Positions 38,902 to 46,172 of a DNA stretch of 64,000 nucleotides are shown in pieces. The DNA lies in the IMG/VR virus record IMGVR_UViG_3300032665_000006, positions 69,478 to 133,477 of that record. One strand, 5' to 3'. Below the pieces are notes generated by a model. That model did no database searches. It saw nothing but the letters and a program-made list of their open reading frames with translations, and was not told the origin of the DNA. The translations under genes were made by a program, and so were the position numbers. The stretch's first letter is position 1. Each line of letters starts with the position of its first letter. Source of the stretch: a virus.

Positions 38902-39366
38902 ATTTACTACTTTTAAACCTTTTAATCTATCTGCGGCATAACTAGCCGCAAACGCTTGTGGCTTAACTAGTGGCTCTACATTACATACGCCACGGATATA
39001 ACCAATAGCTTGACTTACAACATTAGAACTAGCATGAATTTCGTTAGGATTAATATCTAAATGTACTTCTACAGCACGACCTTCTAATACTTCTGCTAAT
39101 TTTAAATACAATTCACTAACCTTAAACACTTCAGTCATTAATCTAGTATTAGGTTTATCACAACGGTCATAATCTCGTTCTCTAGTCACTTCACCAAATA
39201 ACTTACAACCGTGATTACCGTCAATATGTACAACAATAGCGGCTGTATAGTCAGCATACCATTCTTTGCCACGCTTAATTCGTTCAGAGTCCACACCAAT
39301 ATAAATCTTAGTGTCTGGACCTTGAGCATCTATAAACTTTTTGATTTGTGGTATGTTAAACTTCAT
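38896..39366 (-). CDS. RNase H-like YkuK (DUF458) family protein
   Basis: IYIGVDS...RLMTEV...EVHLDIN...VKPQAFAASYAAD. Confidence 0.8.
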   Translation of the reverse strand: MKFNIPQIKKFIDAQGPDTKIYIGVDSERIKRGKEWYADYTAAIVVHIDGNHGCKLFGEVTRERDYDRCDKPNTRLMTEVFKVSELYLKLAEVLEGRAVEVHLDINPNEIHASSNVVSQAIGYIRGVCNVEPLVKPQAFAASYAADRLKGLKVVNG

Positions 39367-39387
39367 TATTCTCTTTCTTAAGTTATT

Positions 39388-39461
39388 TGGCGTCCCGGCA
39401 GGGATTCGAACCCCGACCAACAGTTTTGGAGACTGCGATGCTACCGTTACACTACCAAGAC
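39388..39461 (-). tRNA. tRNA-Trp(CCA)
   Basis: Loop CT-CCA-AA. Confidence 0.9.
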
Positions 39462-39481
39462 GTTGTACTACTATTTAATGT

Positions 39482-39558
39482 TGGTGCCTCAACCTAGACT
39501 CGAACTAGGGACCCTTGCGTTATCAACACAATGCTCTAACCAACTGAGCTATTGAGGC
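39482..39558 (-). tRNA. tRNA-Ile(GAU)
   Basis: Loop TT-GAT-AA. Confidence 0.9.
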
Positions 39559-39559
39559 A

Positions 39560-39636
39560 TGGTGGGTCTTGAGAGACTCGAACTCCCAACCGCTAGTTTC
39601 GAAGACTAGAACTCTAATCCATTGAGCTAAAGACCC
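39560..39636 (-). tRNA. tRNA-Arg(UCG)
   Basis: Loop CT-TCG-AA. Confidence 0.9.
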
Positions 39637-39641
39637 ATGTT

Positions 39642-39736
39642 TGGTAGTAGATATAGGTTATGATCCTATCCGTTGCAGCCCATCTGACCACTCTCCCAGG
39701 TTTATAAAACCCGGCCGCACACCAGTGCTATCTACC
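39642..39736 (-). tRNA. atypical tRNA-like RNA, apparent anticodon UAU
   Basis: 7-bp acceptor + ACCA, tiny D-arm, loop TT-TAT-AA, long variable region, non-canonical T-loop. Confidence 0.55.
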
Positions 39737-39746
39737 ATATTGTTAT

Positions 39747-39833
39747 TGGCGGAAAGTATTGGAGTCGAACCAATCCACCCATTGCTGAATGACAGATTAG
39801 CAATCTGTTGCCTTGCCGCTCGGCCAACTTTCC
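39747..39833 (-). tRNA. tRNA-Ser(GCU)
   Basis: Loop TT-GCT-AA, long variable arm. Confidence 0.9.
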
Positions 39834-39842
39834 TTAATTGTT

Positions 39843-39937
39843 TGGCGGAAGACAGAGGAGTCGAACCCCACCCGGCTCTTCACCAGGACCTGGTTTTCAA
39901 GGCCAGTCGCAGGACCATCCCCGCTGCATTATCTTCC
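39843..39937 (-). tRNA. tRNA-Ser(UGA)
   Basis: Loop CT-TGA-AA, long variable arm. Confidence 0.85.
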
Positions 39938-39943
39938 ATATTG

Positions 39944-40019
39944 TGGCTCCCCGAGCTGGGCTCGAACCAGCGACACCGTGATTAACAGTCACGTACTCTA
40001 CCAACTGAGCTATCAGGGA
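39944..40019 (-). tRNA. tRNA-Asn(GUU), second copy
   Basis: Loop CT-GTT-AA. Confidence 0.95.
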
Positions 40020-40027
40020 ATTGTTTT

Positions 40028-40105
40028 TGGTCTGTGAGGTAGGATTCGAACCTACAGCCTCCTGACTCCAGATCAGGCCGTCTACCAGATTGACATTACA
40101 CACAG
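40028..40105 (-). tRNA. tRNA-Pro(UGG) with atypical loop
   Basis: Loop TC-TGG-AG. Confidence 0.8.
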
Positions 40106-40113
40106 ATTGTTAC

Positions 40114-40188
40114 TGGTGCCCCAGAATGGAATCGAACCACCGAACCCGGCTTACAAGACCGGACCTTTACCACTAAGGATACAAGGGC
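40114..40188 (-). tRNA. tRNA-Thr(UGU), second copy
   Basis: Loop CT-TGT-AA. Confidence 0.85.
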
Positions 40189-40571
40189 TATTTTCTGTCT
40201 CTACCATTTCCTTTATTTTTAGCCTTATATGTAGGCGTCTGACTATGGCAGTTTGGGCATATTGCCCTTAAATTTTCTTCTTTGTTATTTTTATAATTCC
40301 CGTCGATATGATCTAATTCTAGATATAGCGGAAGACCATTATGTTCTTCGATACCACAAATAAGACATTTATTATTTTGTTTTGCCCTTATATAACGATG
40401 TATATACATACTAGTTTGATGTTTGCCTCGAAGGCCATCTTCTAAACCAGACTTCCACCGTTCTATGTAACTTTGATGCATTCCTTCTAAGTAATGCTTG
40501 CCACAATAGATTCTTTTTTCTTTATGTGTAAATACCGTAGAACATATTTTACAGCTATATTTTTGTAACAT
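40188..40571 (-). CDS. HNH endonuclease
   Basis: CLICG...LELDHIDGN..NN...ICPNCH; paralog of 23280-23696. Confidence 0.9.
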   Translation of the reverse strand: MLQKYSCKICSTVFTHKEKRIYCGKHYLEGMHQSYIERWKSGLEDGLRGKHQTSMYIHRYIRAKQNNKCLICGIEEHNGLPLYLELDHIDGNYKNNKEENLRAICPNCHSQTPTYKAKNKGNGRDRK

Positions 40572-40587
40572 ATAATCTTTCTTTAAC

Positions 40588-40664
40588 TGGCACTCTGTAG
40601 GGGTGACGATCCCCTCTTACCAACGTGAAAGGCTGGGGTCCTAACCAACATAGACGAACAGAGT
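40588..40664 (-). tRNA. tRNA-Glu(UUC)
   Basis: Loop CT-TTC-AC. Confidence 0.8.
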
Positions 40665-40670
40665 ATAACT

Positions 40671-40748
40671 TGGCGTCCTCACCGGGTGTCGATCCCGGTC
40701 CTACACCTTGAAAGGGTGTTGATCTAGCCAATCGTAATCTATGAGGAC
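40671..40748 (-). tRNA. tRNA-Glu(UUC), second type
   Basis: Loop CT-TTC-AA. Confidence 0.8.
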
Positions 40749-40754
40749 ATAACT

Positions 40755-40829
40755 TGGCGACTCCAGGGAGTAACGATCTCCCTCTTCCTCTTAGACAGAG
40801 AGGTGTGCGTCCATGAACACTTTGGAGCC
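40755..40829 (-). tRNA. tRNA-Asp(GUC)
   Basis: Loop CT-GTC-TA, G73. Confidence 0.8.
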
Positions 40830-40834
40830 TTTGT

Positions 40835-40908
40835 TGGTTGCGGGCTAGGGTAACGCTCCCTATTCCATCCTGGCTTATGAGACCGGAGTGTGGCTATCAC
40901 AACCCGCA
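40835..40908 (-). tRNA. degenerate fMet-like tRNA(CAU)
   Basis: GCGGG acceptor, loop CT-CAT-AA, reduced D-arm, T-loop AGCGTTA. Confidence 0.55.
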
Positions 40909-40916
40909 ATAGTTGT

Positions 40917-40994
40917 TGGAGGAACGGGTCGGATTCGAACCGACGACTTTACAGTTTTGCAGACTGTTGCTTTGGGCCACTCAGCCACCGTTCC
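40917..40994 (-). tRNA. tRNA-Cys(GCA)
   Basis: Loop CT-GCA-AA, U73. Confidence 0.9.
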
Positions 40995-41003
40995 GTTATT
41001 GTT

Positions 41004-41088
41004 TGGTGGGTGGTCATGGAGTCGAACCAAGTATGCCAGAGGCGTCTGATTTACAGTCAGGTGCGGTCGCCAGTGCCGCTCACCACCC
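41004..41088 (-). tRNA. tRNA-Tyr(GUA)
   Basis: Loop CT-GTA-AA, variable arm. Confidence 0.9.
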
Positions 41089-41108
41089 ATATAACGCTCT
41101 CTTTAGAA

Positions 41109-41220
41109 AGCGTGTAATAAAGCATACTAAGGCAATCATTTTTGCGCTGTGGAAAAGCGCCATGTCTTCGATCCGCGATGCCATTGACGGACCAGGTCTT
41201 TTAGTATGCTTTATTACGCT
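41109..41220 (-). ncRNA. unidentified structured RNA closed by a perfect 17-bp inverted repeat
   Basis: GTAATAAAGCATACTAA/TTAGTATGCTTTATTAC enclosing two GC-rich hairpins. Confidence 0.55.
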
Positions 41221-41316
41221 GTAGTTTTTTGCTCCACAAAAGGAGTTTCATCGTACAGGCCGCCCGTTTACTAGATGTTTTAAGTGCCTAGCGTGGACCT
41301 CGTTCCCACATAACAC

Positions 41317-41345
41317 ACTATACTACCTTACTGTTTATTTGTCAA
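41317..41345 (-). promoter_or_regulatory. sigma70-like promoter at the head of the tRNA array
   Basis: TTGACA-N17-TATAGT. Confidence 0.65.
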
Positions 41346-41509
41346 TCTTCTATTTGAAAATAAACAGCTTCTTTACGCTGCGAAGCAAGTAATACCTTTG
41401 CTCGCTCGATCTTATTCTGAATCAACTTCTGCTTTTGCTCATCACTGAGTGAATAACTATAAGCCTGTTCCACAATACGATCATTTAATTTACTATAATC
41501 TATTGTCAT
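41342..41509 (-). CDS. 55-aa protein directly downstream of the attenuator
   Basis: MTIDYSKLNDRIVEQAY...FQIED with AGGAAAG SD; not in the ORF track. Confidence 0.55.
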   Translation of the reverse strand: MTIDYSKLNDRIVEQAYSYSLSDEQKQKLIQNKIERAKVLLASQRKEAVYFQIED

Positions 41510-41523
41510 CTTTCTTTCCTTTT

Positions 41524-41559
41524 AAAAACAAAAAACCCGGAGTGTTTAGTTCCGGGTCC
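41524..41559 (-). terminator. intrinsic terminator with a competing antiterminator
   Basis: GGACCCGGA-N9-UCCGGGU followed by UUUUUGUUUUU. Confidence 0.8.
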
Positions 41560-41586
41560 TTAAAGTTTGTGATATTAAAATATTAC

Positions 41587-41748
41587 TTAATCATCATATC
41601 CTTCTTGGACCCTACTATAATCTTTCCCTGCCTCAATCATATTAAAGCCACTATTATGAATTGTTGAGCGTAAAGAGGCTACCGGGCTCCAGCAGAGTGC
41701 TGAACCTTGTGCTATTTGATACGTTACGGACAATCTTGTATTTTTCAT
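41587..41748 (-). CDS. putative 53-aa leader peptide
   Basis: MKNTRLSVTYQIAQGSALCWSPVASLRSTIHNSGFNMIEAGKDYSRVQEGYDD; ATG 9 nt after a perfect promoter. Confidence 0.6.
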   Translation of the reverse strand: MKNTRLSVTYQIAQGSALCWSPVASLRSTIHNSGFNMIEAGKDYSRVQEGYDD

Positions 41749-41757
41749 AATATGTTT

Positions 41758-41786
41758 ATTATAATGCTTAATTAATTCTTTGTCAA
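41758..41786 (-). promoter_or_regulatory. perfect sigma70 promoter
   Basis: TTGACA-N17-TATAAT. Confidence 0.85.
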
Positions 41787-41830
41787 CCTTCTTTTTTACT
41801 TCTCTGAACTTTTATTTACCTAATGTTGCA

Positions 41831-41859
41831 ATTATACGCATATTTCCATTGAAAGTCAA
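41831..41859 (-). promoter_or_regulatory. tandem sigma70 promoter
   Basis: TTGACT-N17-TATAAT. Confidence 0.7.
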
Positions 41860-41874
41860 CCACTTTTGGTAAAA

Positions 41875-42129
41875 TTAGTTGCCCCATCTTAAAAGGAAGA
41901 GTGATGAGTCGGTATCGCGAACAAAACTTACACCACATAAGTGTGGTTGATCCAATGTCCACATGGTCCAAGTCCAGTGTATGTAATGTCTACCTACTGT
42001 TGTTTCAAGCCAATATTCCATAGTATCCACTGCGGCGATCCAATCTAAATTTCCATTGGTTTCTATTATTGGCCAAGGCGCTACAGCTCTATAAGGAAGT
42101 TCAGGATGTTTGTCCCAAAGTGCTCGCAT
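41875..42129 (-). CDS. FxLxW-ending small protein
   Basis: VSFVRDTDSSLFLLRWGN. Confidence 0.6.
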   Translation of the reverse strand: MRALWDKHPELPYRAVAPWPIIETNGNLDWIAAVDTMEYWLETTVGRHYIHWTWTMWTLDQPHLCGVSFVRDTDSSLFLLRWGN

Positions 42130-42167
42130 AGAAGTATTTACGAGCCCAGAACTTTCATTATATGCTA

Positions 42168-42782
42168 TTAATTGATTAGATCTTCTATAGATTTTTCGAA
42201 CCCCACTGTAATTACTAATCTCGGTCCTGGGCTCAAATGTACGGTATGCACATAGTCTGTGCGTACAAATGCGCTAGGAGTTAGTAAATTTGATTCTGCA
42301 GCCGTAGCAGGGCCTAAATATTCCATTTTTTCTGCTACTGTTGTTCCTGGCATAGTTAGCCCAGTAAAAGGTAATCCAGTTCGAGTACTTACTTGAGTAA
42401 TCGAGTATAGTCTTTTATCAGTATGATGAAAATCGGTCCACCAATGCATAGGATCTTCTGGATTACCTTTTATTAATATATTAAATCTACTTTTTAAAAT
42501 TTTATGGTTTTCGTTATCCACATGGGGTCTTCCATAACCTTGATTTTCTAAATTAGCTAAATGTGCGGTTATGATTAGATTGGATGTATCACAATTATAT
42601 TGCGACAAATAATTTAATAATTCTTGTCCAGCACTTACTTCACGCCATTCGTGCTGTAACTTTCTTTGATCCCAATCTAAATTATGATAAAAATTTTCAT
42701 TAAAATGATTTTTATATCGATTAAGTATCCAATCTTTAGCTTCCTGCGAAAAATCAAAATCTGTTTTATGGAATAGTAACAT
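42168..42782 (-). CDS. HxD...H dioxygenase-like protein
   Basis: RPHVD...YVHTV..GPRL; recent tandem duplicate of 42766. Confidence 0.65.
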   Translation of the reverse strand: MLLFHKTDFDFSQEAKDWILNRYKNHFNENFYHNLDWDQRKLQHEWREVSAGQELLNYLSQYNCDTSNLIITAHLANLENQGYGRPHVDNENHKILKSRFNILIKGNPEDPMHWWTDFHHTDKRLYSITQVSTRTGLPFTGLTMPGTTVAEKMEYLGPATAAESNLLTPSAFVRTDYVHTVHLSPGPRLVITVGFEKSIEDLIN

Positions 42783-43413
42783 TGATTAACTCTTCTATAC
42801 TTTTATCGAAAGGCACAGTAATTACCAATCTTGGTCCAGGACTTAATTTTATAGTATGAATATAATCTGTGCGTACAAATGCGCTAGGAGTTAGTAAATT
42901 TGATGCTGTATCTGTAGCAGGACCTAGATACTCCATTTTTTCTTCATTAGTGTGTCCTGGCATAGATAAACTACTAAATTCTTGATTAGTACGTGTATTT
43001 AAAACATTACTATAGTACAAGCGTTTATCTGTATGGTGAAAGTTAGTCCACCAAAGCATAGGATCTTCTGGATTACCAAGCACTATTATATTAAATTTTG
43101 AAGTTACTGTTATTTTACCTTTAGCAGGTCCGTATAATTGTTCGGCGTCAACGTGCGGGCGACTATAATATGGTATTGTTAAATTTGCCAGATGAGCAGT
43201 TATGATCAGATTAGATGTATCGCAATTATATTGAGAAAGGTAAGACAATAATTCTTCTCCAGCAATAGATGCTCGCCATTCATGTTGTAGTTGATTTTGA
43301 ATCCAATCATAATTATGATAGAAATTTAATTTGAAGTGATCTTTATATCGGTTAAGTAACCAATCTTTAGCTTCTTGTGAGAAATCAAAATTTGTTTTAT
43401 GATATAACAGCAT
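42766..43413 (-). CDS. HxD...H dioxygenase-like protein
   Basis: RPHVD...YIHTI..GPRL. Confidence 0.65.
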   Translation of the reverse strand: MLLYHKTNFDFSQEAKDWLLNRYKDHFKLNFYHNYDWIQNQLQHEWRASIAGEELLSYLSQYNCDTSNLIITAHLANLTIPYYSRPHVDAEQLYGPAKGKITVTSKFNIIVLGNPEDPMLWWTNFHHTDKRLYYSNVLNTRTNQEFSSLSMPGHTNEEKMEYLGPATDTASNLLTPSAFVRTDYIHTIKLSPGPRLVITVPFDKSIEELINVTIP

Positions 43414-43913
43414 TATAATTTCCTACTAGTATTATCAAATTCTATCATAGTGACTCTTTTATTATCTAAAAAATATTTAATACCGTTAATAACTTGATTA
43501 ACATCAATGACTGTACGACCTAATTCAACGCACCTAGCATTATTTTCAAGAAAACCTGGTATCAACAATAAACATCTTTCTGGATAAAATGGTTTATGAT
43601 ATTGATATGTTTCGTGTATTATTTTTTTATTAACTTGATATGGATTGGTGCTATAGTATCCAGCAATACTTCCAATAGTAATTAAAGTTACTTTTGAATC
43701 TTTTAAATCTTTTATGATATTTGCTTGTATAGTACCTGAATAGGCATTATTGAATACTATGTCCGCTGATTTCATTATAGACAAGCACTCGTCGTACTTT
43801 GTAGTTAAATCGTATCCGTTACTACGACTTAACCCGATAACTTCTTCATTGGGGAATAATTCAACTATTTTGCTTCCTACTAAACCAGTATGTCCAGTGA
43901 TTACTATCTTCAT
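43413..43913 (-). CDS. short-chain dehydrogenase-like Rossmann protein
   Basis: ITGHTGLVG, FNNA, YxxxK. Confidence 0.7.
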   Translation of the reverse strand: MKIVITGHTGLVGSKIVELFPNEEVIGLSRSNGYDLTTKYDECLSIMKSADIVFNNAYSGTIQANIIKDLKDSKVTLITIGSIAGYYSTNPYQVNKKIIHETYQYHKPFYPERCLLLIPGFLENNARCVELGRTVIDVNQVINGIKYFLDNKRVTMIEFDNTSRKL

Positions 43914-43928
43914 TCTATATTTACCAAC

Positions 43929-43953
43929 AAAAAAAGGACCCGAAGGCCCTTTT
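43929..43953. terminator. intrinsic terminator
   Basis: aaaaaagg-a-cc-cgaa-gg-c-cctttt. Confidence 0.5.
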
Positions 43954-43970
43954 AGTTTAACTCGTAAAAA

Positions 43971-44423
43971 TTAGAACGAGTACTTAACACCTGCGGTTAC
44001 GATGTTGCCATTGTAAGCCTTAGTAATGTTATTACCTTTTTGGTAGGCATAATCAGCTACCAAATTTACATTCTTAACTACAGGATAGGCAATCCCTGCG
44101 CCAATAAATCCAGCACCACCATTACCTACGCCAGGTTTTTGTGTGTCAATAAATGCAGCTCCAGCACGAACATTAGTTTGTACGGGACCTAGTTTGATAA
44201 CGTCATAACTCACAGATGCTGTGTAACGATTAACATCAACAGCATTGGTAGTACTACGATCAAAAGTTCCTTGAACGCCAATTGCGCCAAATGATTGACC
44301 AACAGAAACGCCTGCGGTATCTTGTTTAGAGCCCATGTTGCGGCCACCAAAAACACCAACGTCAGTTGCGAAAGCAAAAGTAGTTGATGCTAATAATGCT
44401 ACTGCTAAAATTACTTTTTTCAT
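43971..44423 (-). CDS. outer-membrane beta-barrel protein
   Basis: Signal peptide; C-terminal AGVKYSF. Confidence 0.8.
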   Translation of the reverse strand: MKKVILAVALLASTTFAFATDVGVFGGRNMGSKQDTAGVSVGQSFGAIGVQGTFDRSTTNAVDVNRYTASVSYDVIKLGPVQTNVRAGAAFIDTQKPGVGNGGAGFIGAGIAYPVVKNVNLVADYAYQKGNNITKAYNGNIVTAGVKYSF

Positions 44424-44545
44424 ACTAATAGTTCCTTTATGTTTATACTACTGAACAAATATTTATTGTTTTTTTGCGTTGGCCTGCAAAAATTGCTAGG
44501 TTTTGGCATATTTTTAAGTTTAATATACGCATATAATGAAGTCAA

Positions 44546-44912
44546 AAGAATAGGGGTCGAAGCCCCTATCTGTTATTTTCTGTTTCGACGGATAACTCCG
44601 CAAAGCAGTGATTAAACTGCTAATGTTTGGCGTTGTGCTGTACGAGCAGAGAAACGAATTCCCTTACCTGAAACAGTTACTTCGCCTTTAGATGCGTTTG
44701 CATTTAAGTTTTTCGCTTGATTTACAGTCATCGCCTACTGTGTTGCCTCTTTCATTATCTCACCATGTCGAAACCTTGTCATCCCCACTGAAACATACTA
44801 CAGCTTTTGGCCTCGCTACCGATAACTCGGTTCGGTAATATGCTTCGGTGGAGATGCCGGGAATCGAACCCGGGTCCACAGCGCCTTCACTACGAAGGAA
44901 TTACAACAATTC
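44546..44912 (-). ncRNA. ssrA: permuted (two-piece) tmRNA
   Basis: Acceptor piece GGTTCGATTCCCGGCATCTCCACC precedes GGGGATG...TTTCGAC; G3:U70; TTAAAT-GCA resume signal; tag ends LAV*; terminal hairpin. Confidence 0.85.
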
Positions 44913-44913
44913 T

Positions 44914-45117
44914 TTACAGCGGAAGAATATTTGATGCTTGCTTGCCTTTAGGGCCTGCCACTACATCGAATGTTACCGCTTGATTCTCTTTTAAACTCTT
45001 AAAACCATTTGTGCTAATTGCGGAAAAATGTGCAAACAATTCCTCACCACCAGCATCGGGGGTAATAAATCCAAACCCTTTTGCATCATTAAACCACTTT
45101 ACTTTACCTGTTGCCAT
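44914..45117 (-). CDS. cspA: cold-shock protein
   Basis: [20 protein letters not shown] motifs. Confidence 0.95.
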   Translation of the reverse strand: MATGKVKWFNDAKGFGFITPDAGGEELFAHFSAISTNGFKSLKENQAVTFDVVAGPKGKQASNILPL

Positions 45118-45144
45118 GTTACTTTACTTCCTTTATTAAAAACT

Positions 45145-45174
45145 ATTATACTACTATTTTACCTATTTTGTCAA
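45145..45174 (-). promoter_or_regulatory. sigma70 promoter for csp-tmRNA
   Basis: TTGACA-N18-TATAAT. Confidence 0.7.
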
Positions 45175-45403
45175 CCAATTTGATATAAACAAGCGTAGCG
45201 TGATACTTAATATATCTAACCACTCTAAAACTCAAATGAGCATTAGTAGGTATATTTAGTATTGATCGGTTCCGAATTGCTGGCAATGGACCACAACCTA
45301 ATCTGCTCCACTCTTCTTCAGAGTAATAATACTGTTCAACTGGTTTTTTGTTCTGTTCCATAAATCTATTTAGTACTGGTAGGCCTTGTTACTTAAAGAC
45401 ATT

Positions 45404-45479
45404 TGGTGGTCCGGGTAGGACTTGCACCCACACTCCCCGAATTATGAGTTCGACGCTTTACTTTTTAAGCTACCGGGCC
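45404..45479 (-). tRNA. tRNA(CAU), probably Ile2 (lysidine type)
   Basis: GGCCC acceptor, loop CT-CAT-AA, atypical T-loop. Confidence 0.7.
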
Positions 45480-45508
45480 ATCTTTACTACATTGTAAGTA
45501 TAACATCG

Positions 45509-45877
45509 TTAGCTATAATTGTCAAGAAATTTTTCTAGACTACCATACAAATTAGCTAATACTGCTTCTTTACTACCAAAAAAAACAATAGACTTTGGTA
45601 CACCTTTAGTAGTTATAATATAGTAAGGCATTTGAAGTTTTCTATCAAGGTCTAGTATTGTATGCTGATTAAACTTCATAGGATCATCAATGCGATATTC
45701 ATAAAATTCAAGGTCTAATGTATCGGCTAAAGCAAACCAACCTAATTGAGTTAATCTAAGTCCGCCAGTTGGACGCAAATTATACCACCATGATACTCTA
45801 GCTGATTCTACGCTAATGCGTTGTTCTTCCGGGAGTTGATTTACTAATTGTTCTGTAAGTTTGAGTTTGTTACGCAC
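45509..45877 (-). CDS. hypothetical phage protein
   Basis: WW.N.R..GGLRLT..G motif. Confidence 0.6.
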   Translation of the reverse strand: MRNKLKLTEQLVNQLPEEQRISVESARVSWWYNLRPTGGLRLTQLGWFALADTLDLEFYEYRIDDPMKFNQHTILDLDRKLQMPYYIITTKGVPKSIVFFGSKEAVLANLYGSLEKFLDNYS

Positions 45878-45884
45878 AGTAATA

Positions 45885-46172
45885 TCAAGGATATACTTTT
45901 TCGCCTTGCTTGAGTAACACTACGCTAAACTTATCAGTTTTGAATTGTGTGTTGAGTTTTTTGGCAAGATTGATTGCGTGACCTGGATTACTAAAACTTA
46001 CTTTTTTATATTTAGGTCCAGGGTACTGAACTAATAAATTAGAAGTTTTAAGATTAACTGGTTTATTATCAAAGTAAACGGCCCATACTCCTTCCGAAGC
46101 AAGTACTTGCTCGGTTTTGTATGTTTGCTTGTTTGTAAGCTCAGCTAAAATGGTTGGCTTGGGGCGACTCAC
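45885..46172 (-). CDS. hypothetical phage protein
   Basis: GPKYKKVSFSNPGHA motif. Confidence 0.65.
   Translation of the reverse strand: MSRPKPTILAELTNKQTYKTEQVLASEGVWAVYFDNKPVNLKTSNLLVQYPGPKYKKVSFSNPGHAINLAKKLNTQFKTDKFSVVLLKQGEKVYP

Noticed and set aside
39641-41224. ORF-track entries across the tRNA array (39641, 39813, 39897, 40875, 40890, 40913)
   Set aside because: They overlap clear tRNA cloverleaves and are chance GC-rich frames.
41222-41262. SAM/SAH riboswitch or hammerhead ribozyme
   Set aside because: Only GUGGAGCAA and GAUGAAA fragments match; the core consensus is missing and no gene follows directly.
41449-41667. + strand 72-aa ORF over the attenuator
   Set aside because: It is antisense to the promoter/leader/terminator arrangement and has no supporting signals.
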